This document shows, in pieces, positions 9,752-19,439 of a DNA stretch of 32,000 nucleotides. The notes beneath the pieces were generated by a model. The model saw only the letters and a list, made by a program, of their open reading frames with translations. It was not told where the DNA came from and searched no databases. Every line of letters begins with the position of its first letter. The stretch's first letter is position 1. The translations under genes were made by a program, and so were the position numbers. Source of the stretch: Parasynechococcus marenigrum WH 8102 (lineage in GTDB: Bacteria > Cyanobacteriota > Cyanobacteriia > PCC-6307 > Cyanobiaceae); assembly GCF_000195975.1 (NCBI RefSeq), contig NC_005070.1, forward strand, positions 2,220,001 through 2,252,000. Reading direction: 5' to 3'.

Positions 9752-10747
9752 TCAACCGATTCGCCGCCGCAAGACCCCCAGCAACCGCTCCATCACCGGC
9801 GGTAACGGCGCCTGAAAAGCCATCCGTTCCCCACTGATCGGATGATCCAGGCCCAGCTGAAACGCATGCAGGGCCTGCCCTGGCAGCTCCATCGGCAGTT
9901 TGCGGCAGCGGCTGTAGGTGGGGTCCCCCACCACCGGATGGTTTATGTGGGCGCAGTGCACCCGGATCTGATGGGTGCGACCGGTATCCAGCTTGAAACG
10001 CAGCAACGAGTAATCACCAAGCCGTTCCTGCAACGTCCAATGGGTGCAGGCGTAACGGCCGGAGTCATCGTTGACAACGGCGTACTTTTTGCGATCAGCG
10101 GGATGGCGGCCTATGGCACCCACGATCGTGCCGCTGTCACCACCAGGTACGCCGTGCACCACCGCCAGATATTCCCGTGAGGCGATCCGCTTCTGGATCT
10201 GCCCCTGCAGCCGCACCAGCGCTTGCTGGGATTTGGCAATCACAATGCATCCGGTGGTGTCTTTGTCCAACCGGTGAACAATCCCGGGGCGCAGCTTGCC
10301 GCTGATCCCCGGCAGATCAGGGCAGTGATGCAACAGACCGTTCACCAGCGTGCCGTCCTTGTTGCCTGGAGCTGGATGCACCGTGAGGCCGGCGGGCTTG
10401 TTGATCACGATCAGATGATCGTCCTCGAACAGGACGTCCAACGCCATCGGTTCCGGCTTGAGATACGGCAACGGCTCCGGTGGCGGCATCCACATCTGCA
10501 CCTCATCGCCCTGGCGCAGGGGGGTTTTGGCTTTGCCGGTCTTGCCGTTCACCCGCACATAGCCGGCATCAATAAATTTCTGGATCCGGGCCCTGCTCTG
10601 CTCGGTGCGCTGACTCACCAACCAGCGGTCCAACCGCATCGGCAGCGGCTTGGGATAAACGAGGGTCAGCAGTTCACCCTCCCCCTCACCGAAGGACGCG
10701 CTGAAGGTCTCCTCCGGCAATGGGGGTCGCTTCCAGGTGGGGCTCAT
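9752..10747 (-). CDS. rluD: 23S rRNA pseudouridine synthase, RluA family (RluD-like)
   Basis: S4-like N-terminal domain (RLDRWL..., ..GYVRVNGK), the catalytic HRLDKDTTG motif and HQIRVH. The ATG overlaps the rbgA stop (ATGA). Confidence 0.92.
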   Translation of the reverse strand: MSPTWKRPPLPEETFSASFGEGEGELLTLVYPKPLPMRLDRWLVSQRTEQSRARIQKFIDAGYVRVNGKTGKAKTPLRQGDEVQMWMPPPEPLPYLKPEPMALDVLFEDDHLIVINKPAGLTVHPAPGNKDGTLVNGLLHHCPDLPGISGKLRPGIVHRLDKDTTGCIVIAKSQQALVRLQGQIQKRIASREYLAVVHGVPGGDSGTIVGAIGRHPADRKKYAVVNDDSGRYACTHWTLQERLGDYSLLRFKLDTGRTHQIRVHCAHINHPVVGDPTYSRCRKLPMELPGQALHAFQLGLDHPISGERMAFQAPLPPVMERLLGVLRRRIG

Positions 10748-11610
10748 TCCGGCAGCTCCAGGGCAATGCTGCCAAGGGCGGATTTGCGGAAGTCATCCAA
10801 CAGGCGCTGGGCCATCCGGGCCGTGTCGCCAGAGGTGTGGCGCTGCGCCGCCGCCTCCAGCCAATAGGGGGGATCCGCCGTTTCCCCCTGCACTGGAATG
10901 CCGTAGCGGCTTTCCAGCACAGGGATGGCCACGCCCGAGGCCTGCTGCTGCTGAAGATCAATCAGCAATTGCAGGAAGGCCTGGGCCACAAGCTCGCCGT
11001 CATAGGCGGCCTGGCCGATGTCGTCGCAGAGAGCCAGGTGGAGCGCCGCCTGCTGATCATCCAGCCGGGGCGGCAACACCCCAGGAGCATCCAGCAGATC
11101 GAGGTCCTGCCCCAGCCGCACCCAACGCAACGTACGAGTCACGCCAGCCCGCCGGGCACTGGCCACCACTTTCTGCTTCACCAGGCGATTGATCAGCGCG
11201 GACTTACCGACGTTGGGGAAGCCCAGCGTGAGGGCCCGCACAGGCCGGGGCCGCATGCCGCGGTTGCGTCGCCGTTCATTCAACTGATCACCAGCCCGAA
11301 TAGCCGCCTGCTGCACCTGCTTCACACCGGTGCCCGCCTTGGCATCGCACCACACCGTGCGCTGGCCGCGTCCTTTGAACCAGGCCTCCCAGGCCTCCCG
11401 AGCCGCGGGTGTCACCATGTCACGCCGGTTGATCACCAGCAGGTGCTGCTTCCCCTTCAGCCAACGGTCCAGGTGGGGGTGCCCGGTGGCCAGGGGAATC
11501 CTGGCATCGCGCACTTCGATCACCAGATCCACCTTGTCGAGGTGGCGACTGAGCTGCTGCTCCGCCTTGGCGATGTGGCCGGGGTACCACTGAATGGCCG
11601 GTGTGCTCAT
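10744..11610 (-). CDS. rbgA: ribosome biogenesis GTPase A (YlqF/RbgA), circularly permuted GTPase
   Basis: N-terminus [11 protein letters not shown]. The G4-like NRRD comes before G1 ([12 protein letters not shown]) and DAPG, which is the permuted order typical of YlqF. The ATG overlaps the stop of the upstream usp gene (ATGA). Confidence 0.9.
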   Translation of the reverse strand: MSTPAIQWYPGHIAKAEQQLSRHLDKVDLVIEVRDARIPLATGHPHLDRWLKGKQHLLVINRRDMVTPAAREAWEAWFKGRGQRTVWCDAKAGTGVKQVQQAAIRAGDQLNERRRNRGMRPRPVRALTLGFPNVGKSALINRLVKQKVVASARRAGVTRTLRWVRLGQDLDLLDAPGVLPPRLDDQQAALHLALCDDIGQAAYDGELVAQAFLQLLIDLQQQQASGVAIPVLESRYGIPVQGETADPPYWLEAAAQRHTSGDTARMAQRLLDDFRKSALGSIALELPE

Positions 11611-11966
11611 GGCACCACCAGGACAGGACAGGGAGCCAACTCGATCACGCGGGCTGCCGTGCTGCCGTCATTGGAGTTGAGGCTCACGCCGCCAGTTCCC
11701 ATCACGATCACATCCACATTCAACTCGTCCGCCACGTCCAGGATCACGGTCAGGGGCTCACCGCCGCGCTCCAGCCGCTGGCAGGGCACACCGGACTGAT
11801 CAATCCGCGCCTGGATCCGCACCAGCAGCGGTGGATCAGGCACCAAATCCAGCAATCTGAGCAGCACGAGGCGGCTGTCGTAGACCTGAACGAGCTCCAG
11901 GGCCTTGACCGCTGTGTCCAGAGCCTGGGGGTTGGCGTCCAGGGGCAGGAGGACGGTCTCAAACAT
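11607..11966 (-). CDS. universal stress protein family protein
   Basis: 119 aa. The sequence [10 protein letters not shown]...[33 protein letters not shown] follows the Usp pattern, with a slightly shortened G-x2-G-xn-G-S/T nucleotide motif. Confidence 0.8.
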   Translation of the reverse strand: MFETVLLPLDANPQALDTAVKALELVQVYDSRLVLLRLLDLVPDPPLLVRIQARIDQSGVPCQRLERGGEPLTVILDVADELNVDVIVMGTGGVSLNSNDGSTAARVIELAPCPVLVVP

Positions 11967-12032
11967 CGCCGATCAGAGACGCGAAAACACGGGTTAACCT
12001 CCTCCCGTTTTCCTACCGCACGACACAACCCC

Positions 12033-13241
12033 ATGGCGAAGCGTTCCCTGGCCAGCCTTAACGCCGGCGACCTGAGCGGCAAACGCGTTCTCGTGCGGGT
12101 TGATTTCAACGTGCCCCTGAACGAGGCCGGTGCGATCACCGACGACACCCGCATCCGCGCCGCCCTGCCCACGATCAACGACCTGATCGGCAAGGGCGCC
12201 AAGGTCATTCTTTCTGCTCACTTCGGCCGCCCCAAGGGTCAGGTGAACGACGCCATGCGACTCACCCCCGTGGCCGCCCGCCTGAGCGAACTGCTGGGCA
12301 AGCCCGTGGCCAAGACCGACAGCTGCATCGGCCCTGATGCTGAAGCCAAGGTGAACGCCATGGCCGATGGCGATGTGGTGCTGCTGGAGAACGTGCGCTT
12401 CTTCGCCGAGGAGGAGAAGAACGACGCTGGGTTCGCCGAGAAGCTTGCTGGCTTGGCTGAGGTGTACGTGAACGATGCCTTCGGCGCCGCCCACCGCGCC
12501 CACGCCTCCACCGAGGGCGTGACCAAGTTCCTCAAGCCCGCAGTCGCTGGCTTCCTGATGGAAAAGGAGCTTCAGTACCTGCAGGGTGCTGTGGATGAGC
12601 CCAAGCGTCCTCTCGCTGCCATCGTCGGTGGCTCCAAGGTGAGCTCCAAGATCGGCGTGCTCGAGGCCCTGATCGACAAGTGCGACAAGGTGCTGATCGG
12701 CGGTGGCATGATCTTCACCTTCTACAAAGCCCGTGGCCTCTCGGTGGGCAAGAGCCTGGTGGAAGAGGACAAGCTTGAACTGGCCAAGGAGCTGGAAGCC
12801 AAGGCCAAGGCCAAGGGCGTTGAGCTGCTGCTGCCCACCGATGTGGTGCTGGCCGACAACTTCGCCCCCGATGCCAACAGCCAGGTGGCTGATGTCACCG
12901 CCATCCCCGACGGCTGGATGGGTCTGGACATCGGCCCTGATGCGGTGAAGGTGTTCCAGGACGCCCTTGGCGATTGTCAGACCGTGATCTGGAACGGCCC
13001 CATGGGCGTGTTCGAATTCGAGAAGTTCGCCACCGGCACCAACGCCATCGCCACAACCCTGGCGGAGCTCAGCGGCAAGGGCTGCTGCACGATCATCGGC
13101 GGTGGTGACTCCGTGGCTGCTGTGGAGAAGGCTGGTCTGGCCGACAAGATGTCCCACATCTCCACCGGTGGCGGCGCCAGCCTTGAACTTCTAGAAGGCA
13201 AGGTGCTGCCTGGTGTTGCCGCCCTCAACGACGCCGCCTGA
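12033..13241 (+). CDS. pgk: phosphoglycerate kinase
   Basis: Internal ATG (ORF residue 145) giving [29 protein letters not shown]. Other matches are [31 protein letters not shown] and STGGGASLE. The 402-aa product is the canonical size. Confidence 0.97.
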   Translation: MAKRSLASLNAGDLSGKRVLVRVDFNVPLNEAGAITDDTRIRAALPTINDLIGKGAKVILSAHFGRPKGQVNDAMRLTPVAARLSELLGKPVAKTDSCIGPDAEAKVNAMADGDVVLLENVRFFAEEEKNDAGFAEKLAGLAEVYVNDAFGAAHRAHASTEGVTKFLKPAVAGFLMEKELQYLQGAVDEPKRPLAAIVGGSKVSSKIGVLEALIDKCDKVLIGGGMIFTFYKARGLSVGKSLVEEDKLELAKELEAKAKAKGVELLLPTDVVLADNFAPDANSQVADVTAIPDGWMGLDIGPDAVKVFQDALGDCQTVIWNGPMGVFEFEKFATGTNAIATTLAELSGKGCCTIIGGGDSVAAVEKAGLADKMSHISTGGGASLELLEGKVLPGVAALNDAA

Positions 13242-13248
13242 TCGTTTC

Positions 13249-13605
13249 TCAGACCTGCTGCTTCCGGCGCTTCCTCATCTGGCGCGCCGGAAGACCAACG
13301 TCGTTCCTGACTTCATTCAGATAGGCCCGGCGGTCCTGCCTCAGGGACTTCCGGGCTTGTTTGTGGCGTCGGCGGCAGTCTTTCAAAGCCTTGATGTTCT
13401 GAGCGGCATCCACACAGCGCTGGCTGCTTTGCATCAGCTCAAGGCGCTGGTTATAGGTCTGCTTGGACCAGTTTTTGTGGGCTTGAACAAGAGCCTGCTC
13501 CTGGTCCTGCGAGGGTTTGGCTGCTGCCTGGACCGAGCGGGATAACTCCACCTCTGGCACAACCAACAGAACCAGCAAGGCAATAGGAAGGGCTGATCGC
13601 TTCAT
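13249..13605 (-). CDS. small exported hypothetical protein (signal peptide plus basic helical region)
   Basis: Internal ATG (ORF residue 60) giving [17 protein letters not shown], which is a signal peptide, followed by a charged Gln/Arg/Lys-rich sequence. Codon usage looks genuine on this strand. The antisense ORF 13213-13545 was rejected. Confidence 0.6.
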   Translation of the reverse strand: MKRSALPIALLVLLVVPEVELSRSVQAAAKPSQDQEQALVQAHKNWSKQTYNQRLELMQSSQRCVDAAQNIKALKDCRRRHKQARKSLRQDRRAYLNEVRNDVGLPARQMRKRRKQQV

Positions 13606-13678
13606 GGGCACAGCATTGGGGTTGACCTCACTGTGATGGGATCGTTTGACCAAGATCTGATTGCTTCGGGCCAAAGGG

Positions 13679-14560
13679 ATGACCAGATGTGACCTGAACC
13701 TCGGCTTCATCGGTCTGGGCGCCATTGGACGGCCGATGGCGGCCAACCTCTGCCGATCCGGCTTCCTGCTCAATGTGCACACCCGTAGCCGGAGCGCTGA
13801 AACGGCTCCTGAGCTTCAGGAAGCACGCTCGTGCGCCAGCCCGGCCGAAGCGGCCGAGGCCGTCGATGTGCTGCTGATCTGCGTCAGCGATGACCAAGCC
13901 GTGGAAACCGTGCTGTTCGGATCCGACGGCGCGGCCTCAACCCTGCGACCCGGCTCGGTGGTGGTGGACTGCTCCACCATCGCTCCTGCAACAGCCATGG
14001 CCTGCGCCAAGCGCTTGGCCCAGCAGGGGATTCACTATCTCGATGCCCCGGTAACCGGCGGCACTGAAGGAGCCAAAGCAGGAACGCTGAAGCTGTTGGT
14101 GGGCGGAGAGTCCACAGCGGTGGCCTGCGTGCGACCCGTGCTGGAGGTGATCGGCAGCACGATTCACCACTTCGGACCTGTGGGCCGCGGCCAACAGGTG
14201 AAGGCGGTGAATCAGGTGCTGGTGGCTGGCAGCTACGCCGCCGTGGCGGAAGCGATGGCGCTGGGGAAGCGGCTCGACCTGCCGATGGACCAGGTGGTGG
14301 AGGCGTTGAAGAGCGGAGCTGCTGGCTCCTGGGCCCTCGACCATCGCTCAGCGGGAATGCTGATGGGTCATTACCCGCTGGGTTTCCGCCTGGCCCTGCA
14401 CCACAAGGATCTAGGGATCGCCCTGGAGGCAGCGGAAAGCGTGCAGCTGGAGCTCCCGATCAGCCGCACGGTGCGACAGCTGGAACATGACCTGATGCAG
14501 CAAGGGCATGGCGATGAGGACGTCTCAGCCCTGCACCGACAATTTGAGACGAAATCGTGA
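13679..14560 (+). CDS. NAD(P)-dependent beta-hydroxyacid dehydrogenase (3-hydroxyisobutyrate/tartronate semialdehyde reductase family)
   Basis: Rossmann N-terminus LGFIGLGAIGRPMAANL, the DAPVTGG...A..GTL motif and a 6-PGDH-like C-terminal domain. I chose the ATG at 13679 (MTRCDL) over the TTG at 13661. Confidence 0.85.
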   Translation: MTRCDLNLGFIGLGAIGRPMAANLCRSGFLLNVHTRSRSAETAPELQEARSCASPAEAAEAVDVLLICVSDDQAVETVLFGSDGAASTLRPGSVVVDCSTIAPATAMACAKRLAQQGIHYLDAPVTGGTEGAKAGTLKLLVGGESTAVACVRPVLEVIGSTIHHFGPVGRGQQVKAVNQVLVAGSYAAVAEAMALGKRLDLPMDQVVEALKSGAAGSWALDHRSAGMLMGHYPLGFRLALHHKDLGIALEAAESVQLELPISRTVRQLEHDLMQQGHGDEDVSALHRQFETKS

Positions 14561-14581
14561 GTATATCGAGTCTATTACGAG

Positions 14582-15337
14582 TCAATATCGTGCCAGCTGG
14601 GCCTCTGTGTCGACGACCCGCACCTGCTGGGTTGCCGTGATCACGCCATCAGGGTGCACCAGCATCACGGCCCAGGACTGAATGCCTGAACGCTGGGGCG
14701 CCTGCACCTGCTTGAACAAGCCTCCACCTCCTAGGGGAGCCAACTGGATGGTGGGTCGCCGCTGTTCCAGGCGCTGTTCCGGAGTCAACTGGATCAGCCC
14801 TCCAGCCGCCACCGCCTGACCCAGGGGCTCATCGAAAATCACATCAATGTCGTAGCGGCTGCCAGTGAGCACAGTCTTGGGTATCTGCAGTGTGATCGGC
14901 AAATCAGCCGTGCCACTACGCAGCAACGAATGCTCCTCGAGCAACTCCTCCTCGACCATCACACCGGCCTCGATCCTGACCGCGATGGTCTGCGACGCCT
15001 CAAGCCGATAGTCCAGACCATCGGCCTGACCTGTGCCACGCACGCTGACCTGTAAACGGGAGCGCCCATCCACCAGTGGTTCCATGACATCCACGCTCCA
15101 GATGGCCGCAGGGAACTCGGTCGAGAAGCGGTCGTAGCGACGCTGAACGGTACTGCTCAGATCAGGCCCGGTCAGGTAGGTCAGGTCTTTGGCATCGCCG
15201 CTGTTGAGGGCCATCTCCAGGCGGCTGCCATACCCAACAGCAGGGGTTGAAGCTACGCCTCCTGCTGCCAACACCGGCAGAGGAATCGCAAGGGCGCAGA
15301 CCATGCCCAAAAAGGCTGCTCGCACCGAAAATCTCAC
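14582..15337 (-). CDS. exported hypothetical protein
   Basis: GTG start with a signal-peptide-like N-terminus (RAAFLGMVCALAIPLPVLAAGG). I recognise no domain in it. It is the only long ORF here with plausible coding composition. Confidence 0.6.
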   Translation of the reverse strand: MRFSVRAAFLGMVCALAIPLPVLAAGGVASTPAVGYGSRLEMALNSGDAKDLTYLTGPDLSSTVQRRYDRFSTEFPAAIWSVDVMEPLVDGRSRLQVSVRGTGQADGLDYRLEASQTIAVRIEAGVMVEEELLEEHSLLRSGTADLPITLQIPKTVLTGSRYDIDVIFDEPLGQAVAAGGLIQLTPEQRLEQRRPTIQLAPLGGGGLFKQVQAPQRSGIQSWAVMLVHPDGVITATQQVRVVDTEAQLARY

Positions 15338-15395
15338 CAGTCCAACCCCTTTGATCGACCTAAGTTAGGCGCCAAGCACAGGAACGTCCGCCGCC

Positions 15396-16472
15396 ATGAC
15401 CCGGCTCCTGATCGCCGCGAGCGGCACCGGTGGCCACCTGTTTCCCGCCTTAGCAGTGGCAGAAGCACTCCCTGAGGATTGGCAGGTGCGCTGGCTGGGG
15501 GTCCCAGACCGCCTCGAAACACAGCTGGTTCCAGCGCGCTACAGCCTGTTCACTGTGAATGCAGGGGGACTGCAAGGCAGCAGGCTGAGCAAGGCAGTCC
15601 AGCTGCTGCTACTGCTGGCCGCAGGGGTCAGCGTGGCCCGTCTGATCCGGCGGGAACGCATCCAACTGGTGCTTAGCACCGGCGGCTACATCGCTGCTCC
15701 CGCCATCCTTGCCGCACGATTCTGCGGCGTTCCAACGGTGCTGCACGAGGCGAATGCCATCCCCGGTCGGGTGACGCGGTTGCTGGGTCGTTTCTGCGGG
15801 GCCGTGGCTGTTGGCTTACCTGCGGCCGCCGGACGCATACCCGGCAGCCGACCGTTGATGACGGGCATGCCGGTGAGGGCTGATTTTCTGCAGAGCCAAC
15901 CTTGTCCTGCATGGGTGCCTGAAGGCAGGGGTCCACTGCTGGTGGTAATCGGCGGCAGCCAAGGGGCCGTGGGGCTGAATCGCATGGTGCGGGCTGTGTT
16001 GCCGCCATTGCTCGAGCAAGGCTGCCGTGTGGTGCACCTCACCGGCCGCAACGACACCGAAGTGGGCCAGGTGCAACACCCGTTGCTGGTGGAGCAACCC
16101 TTCAGCGACGAAATCCCTGGCCTGCTGCAACATGCCGACCTGGCGGTGAGCCGTGCCGGCGCCGGCAGTCTGAGTGAACTGGCGGTGTGCGGAACCCCCA
16201 CGATCTTGGTGCCGTTCCCCCAGGCGGCGGATCAACACCAGGAGGCCAACGCCGCCTGTGCCGCAGAGCAGGGCGGGGCTGTGATCGTCCACCAGCACGA
16301 ACCGGAGGCAACGGTGCTGCAGCAAACGATTCAATGTCTGCTTGGTCACCGGCTCGGGCATCCCGACGCTGACCCTTCCCTGCTCCCATCCATGCGTGAA
16401 GGCATGGAACGGCTGGCCATCCGCGATGCCGATCAGCGCTTGGTGGATCTGCTGCAAAGCCTGTTGGATTGA
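15396..16472 (+). CDS. murG: UDP-N-acetylglucosamine--N-acetylmuramyl-(pentapeptide) pyrophosphoryl-undecaprenol GlcNAc transferase
   Basis: ATG start. N-terminus [20 protein letters not shown], followed by ...VIGGSQGA..., ...[27 protein letters not shown], which is typical MurG. Confidence 0.93.
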   Translation: MTRLLIAASGTGGHLFPALAVAEALPEDWQVRWLGVPDRLETQLVPARYSLFTVNAGGLQGSRLSKAVQLLLLLAAGVSVARLIRRERIQLVLSTGGYIAAPAILAARFCGVPTVLHEANAIPGRVTRLLGRFCGAVAVGLPAAAGRIPGSRPLMTGMPVRADFLQSQPCPAWVPEGRGPLLVVIGGSQGAVGLNRMVRAVLPPLLEQGCRVVHLTGRNDTEVGQVQHPLLVEQPFSDEIPGLLQHADLAVSRAGAGSLSELAVCGTPTILVPFPQAADQHQEANAACAAEQGGAVIVHQHEPEATVLQQTIQCLLGHRLGHPDADPSLLPSMREGMERLAIRDADQRLVDLLQSLLD

Positions 16473-16474
16473 CC

Positions 16475-17551
16475 TCAACCCAAGGGCGTACGGCTCAGCT
16501 CCTTGCGCATCGCGCTGACAATGCGTCGGTTGTTCCGGCGCGACTGCAGACCGATCCGGAGCCAGTTCTCGCCCAGCCCTTCAAACGAGCGGCAGTCGCG
16601 CAGAAGGATCCTGTGGTGCTGCTCCAAGGCTTCGCGCAGGGGCAACAGAGATCGGTTCGCCCGAATCAACAGATAATTCACCGCTGATGGCATGGGAGTG
16701 ATGCCTGGCAACACCGCAAGCTGCTGCTGCATCCAGGCTCCTTCCCGCGCAGCCCAAGCCTGCGTTTTCCGACACCAGCGCTGATGGCGACGGGTCGACG
16801 ACAACACGTGTTGGCCAACGGCCATGGCGATGCCATTGACAGGCCAGGGATCGCGCCACTGGGCCCAGCGCTGCAGGCGTTCGGGCTGTGCAACGGCATA
16901 CCCGAGCCGCAACCCGGCAATCCCATAGAGCTTAGTGAGGCTGCGAATCACCACCAGATTCCCGGTCTCGGCCACCAACGGAATCAATGACTGATGCTCG
17001 CCATCGGGCACCAGCGGCAGAAAGGCTTCATCGCAGATCACCAGACGGAATCGCCTCAGCAATGGTTCCAGAGAGGCCCGACTCCAGAGCTGACCTGTGG
17101 GGTTGTGGGGGTTGCAGATCCACAACACCTCAGCCTCAGGGGTTTGCGGAATGGGTTGAGGACGATCAGCACTCCAGCTGAGGGGCAGCTGGTGACGGAC
17201 CCAGGGCCCATCCCAACAACCCAGGGCTCGGCTGTAATCAGCGAACCCTGGCGATGGCACCAAGCTCGGGCCAGAGCTGGCCGCATCTCGCGCCGCCCAG
17301 GTGAACAGTTCCGCGGCCCCGTTCCCCGCCAGCAGCAGCTCACAGGGAACACCATGCAGCCTCGCAAGGTCGCATCGCAGCAGGTTATGACTGCGATCCG
17401 GGTAGTCACGGATGATCGATCGGCTGAGGCGAGGCAGACGCGGAGTCCAGGGCACCAAAGATGCGCTGGCATCCAGCAGATCAGAGGGTCGGCAGCCGAG
17501 GCGCGTGGCGATCGAAGCCCGGTTGCCGCCGTGACGATGCTCGACGTCCAT
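16475..17551 (-). CDS. cobD: class I/II aminotransferase family, threonine-phosphate decarboxylase (CobD)-like
   Basis: Internal ATG (ORF residue 101) giving MDVEHRHGGN, the HGGN start typical of CobD. Also CNPHNPTG and the SLTKLYGIAGLRLGY pyridoxal-lysine region. The 100 codons upstream in the ORF are antisense to the pentapeptide gene and were discarded. Confidence 0.8.
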   Translation of the reverse strand: MDVEHRHGGNRASIATRLGCRPSDLLDASASLVPWTPRLPRLSRSIIRDYPDRSHNLLRCDLARLHGVPCELLLAGNGAAELFTWAARDAASSGPSLVPSPGFADYSRALGCWDGPWVRHQLPLSWSADRPQPIPQTPEAEVLWICNPHNPTGQLWSRASLEPLLRRFRLVICDEAFLPLVPDGEHQSLIPLVAETGNLVVIRSLTKLYGIAGLRLGYAVAQPERLQRWAQWRDPWPVNGIAMAVGQHVLSSTRRHQRWCRKTQAWAAREGAWMQQQLAVLPGITPMPSAVNYLLIRANRSLLPLREALEQHHRILLRDCRSFEGLGENWLRIGLQSRRNNRRIVSAMRKELSRTPLG

Positions 17552-17600
17552 CGCGACTCCCGATACAACCCAGAGACATCCCCAGCGTCGCCCACCGCCC

Positions 17601-18401
17601 ATGGCGCTTCGAGGTCTACTGCTGTTGCCATTGATGCTGGCCACCGCCCCACAGGCATGGAGCGCGGATGCCAACGATCTGGTTCGTGTGCTGCAAAGCG
17701 GGCGCTGTGCAAACTGCCGCCTGGCGGACGCTGATCTTGTGCATGCCGATCTCCGCGATGCGGATCTACAGGGAGCGGAGCTGCAGCGCGCCAATCTCGG
17801 CCAGGCCCGTCTGGACGGAGCCGATCTCAAGGGAGCAGACCTGAGTTTCACCAGCCTGAACGGGGCCTCGTTGCGGGGAGCCGACCTGCGTGGCAGCAGG
17901 CTTTACGGCACAGATCTACGCAACAGCGACCTGAGCGGCGCCCAGCTGAGCCCAGTGGCTCTGGAACAGAGCCACTGGCAGGGCGCCCGGGGGATCGAGG
18001 CGGGAACTCGCAGCCATGCAGCGCTTCACAACGCCGGAGTGGATTCCGCCCAAGCCGGACACTGGCAAGAAGCAGAGACCCTGTTCAGTGCAGCGATTGG
18101 TCGCAAACCAGAGGAGCCGCTGAGCTGGGTGGCACGAGGCCTGAGCCGTGGAGAACAGGGCAAGACCCAGCTGGCCGCGAGGGACCTGGCCCATGCCGGT
18201 CGCTTGTTTGAGGAACAGGGTGACAGCGTGAAAGCTCAGCAACTGCAACTGGCGAGCCAACGGGTCGAGGACCCTGCTGACCAGAGATTAGCGGCGCAGG
18301 GGGGGAATGGCGTGGGCTCGATGTTGCTCAGCGGAGCACTGTCTGCAGCCCAAGCGCTTGGGCCGATCGCACTGAAAGCTCTGATGCCGATGATTCCCTG
18401 A
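17601..18401 (+). CDS. exported pentapeptide-repeat protein with C-terminal helical (TPR-like) region
   Basis: ATG start and the signal peptide MALRGLLLLPLMLATAPQAWSA. This is followed by about 20 tandem A(D/N)LxX pentapeptides (ADLVHADLRDADLQGAELQRANLGQARLDGADLKGADLSF...) and then an alpha-helical tail. Confidence 0.88.
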   Translation: MALRGLLLLPLMLATAPQAWSADANDLVRVLQSGRCANCRLADADLVHADLRDADLQGAELQRANLGQARLDGADLKGADLSFTSLNGASLRGADLRGSRLYGTDLRNSDLSGAQLSPVALEQSHWQGARGIEAGTRSHAALHNAGVDSAQAGHWQEAETLFSAAIGRKPEEPLSWVARGLSRGEQGKTQLAARDLAHAGRLFEEQGDSVKAQQLQLASQRVEDPADQRLAAQGGNGVGSMLLSGALSAAQALGPIALKALMPMIP

Positions 18402-18404
18402 TCT

Positions 18405-19439
18405 TCAGACCTCGGACTGAACCAGCTGACGCCCCGCCGGCGTGCCCGGTTGATAGCCGTAACCGAAGCGACCGCCCTGCTCATCATCAAGAATGGTCGG
18501 CGTGACGATGATCACCAATTCGTTCTTTTCACGAGACGACGAGGACTGGCGGAACAGCTGCCCAATCAGTGGCATGTCGCCAAGAATCGGCCACTTACGC
18601 ACCTGCTGACGGTCCGAATCGGTAATCACACCCGTGAGAATCAACGACTGTCCGTCCCGCAGGCGGATGCTTCCAGACTCCAATTTCCGAGCCTGAATGT
18701 TGAAGATTCCGACACCTTCCTGCGTTCCGGCAGGAATCGGCACAGATATTTCAGGCTTAAGCTCAAGACTGATGAATCCATTGTCATCAATTTTGCTCAC
18801 CGAAAGATCAACGGTGAGGCCAGCATTTTCGCGGGTGTTCTGAAACTGTGTTGAACCATTGGCTGTTTCCGTAGCACTCACTCCTGTAATCACACTCTGA
18901 CCTGTTTCAACCATGGCGGTCTCCCCTTCCTGCACCAACAATGTGGGCTGGGCCAATGTTTTGGCACTGGAAGACTGAATCATGGCCTCCACATAGGAAT
19001 AAAAAGAGTCATCTTTGTAAGAATTTAACTCTCTCTTTGGAACAAGCTTTTCCCTGCCATACTTGTCGTATACAGGGACCAACTGCTGCTGCGAATTGGG
19101 GTTAGCATCCGGCACATACACCTCTTGACCATTAACAAGAAGCGGTTTTTTCAAAACAGTATAACCAGTTATCTTTCCAGATTCATCTCTATCCTCAACG
19201 ACTTCCGCACTCTCAGCCAAGGGAATAAAAGAAGGATTAACAATCTGAGCAGGAACCCCCGAATCACCAGGCAAGACACCTGGCTGCATTGGGTTGGAGC
19301 CATCATAGACACCCGTAGCATCTGCAGAACTGGGCATATTCTGACCAAAGTTCATGTGCGCTTTTCCACTCTGACTAACGAGAAAGACGTCACCCATACG
19401 CGCCGAAAAACTGGAGTCGATGCTTTTATCGTTATTCAA
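18405..19439 (-). CDS. secretin-domain protein (PilQ/GspD C-terminal domain only), truncated and possibly a pseudogene
   Basis: C-terminal half TLAQPTLLVQEGETAMVETGQ...GSIRLRDGQSLILTGVI...KWPILGDMPLIGQLFRQSSSSREKNELVIIVTPTIL is a bacterial secretin domain. The start is a TTG only 8 codons after an in-frame stop. There is no signal peptide and there are no N0/N1 domains. GC is far below that of the flanks. Confidence 0.75.
   Translation of the reverse strand: MNNDKSIDSSFSARMGDVFLVSQSGKAHMNFGQNMPSSADATGVYDGSNPMQPGVLPGDSGVPAQIVNPSFIPLAESAEVVEDRDESGKITGYTVLKKPLLVNGQEVYVPDANPNSQQQLVPVYDKYGREKLVPKRELNSYKDDSFYSYVEAMIQSSSAKTLAQPTLLVQEGETAMVETGQSVITGVSATETANGSTQFQNTRENAGLTVDLSVSKIDDNGFISLELKPEISVPIPAGTQEGVGIFNIQARKLESGSIRLRDGQSLILTGVITDSDRQQVRKWPILGDMPLIGQLFRQSSSSREKNELVIIVTPTILDDEQGGRFGYGYQPGTPAGRQLVQSEV

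Noticed and set aside
10720-11799. 359-aa plus-strand ORF across rbgA and usp
   Set aside because: It is antisense to two well-supported genes, and its composition is Arg/Pro/Gly/His-rich and not protein-like.
11967-12032. Hairpin plus T-run (ACGGG...CCCGTTTT) in the usp/pgk divergent spacer, considered as a terminator or riboswitch
   Set aside because: No upstream gene on either strand needs terminating here. The stem is only 5 bp with a bulge, and the spacer is too short (66 nt) for a known riboswitch. It is probably just part of the divergent 5' UTRs.
11994-13157. 387-aa minus-strand ORF opposite pgk
   Set aside because: pgk on the plus strand is unambiguous. The antisense translation is Gly/Ala/Val/His-rich, low-complexity sequence.
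13213-13545. 110-aa plus-strand ORF overlapping the small exported protein gene
   Set aside because: The minus-strand ORF has a clean signal peptide and a codon pattern that looks like real coding sequence. The plus-strand translation is Leu/Pro/Gly-rich with no start context. Only one of the two can be real, and I favour the minus strand.
15816-16478. 220-aa minus-strand ORF (and 15686-16201) opposite murG
   Set aside because: It is antisense to a canonical murG and shows no domain signature.
17552-17851. 100-codon N-terminal extension of the cobD-like ORF (MKLRSAPLRSAPSRR...)
   Set aside because: This part is antisense to the pentapeptide-repeat gene. Its periodic SA/RS-rich sequence is simply the complement of the 15-nt pentapeptide periodicity. 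The conserved HGGN start of CobD follows the internal ATG at 17551.
17700-17960. 15-nt periodic DNA repeat that could be mistaken for a tandem-repeat or CRISPR-like array
   Set aside because: It is the coding periodicity of the pentapeptide-repeat protein (A(D/N)LxX units). The units are degenerate at the DNA level and there are no spacers.
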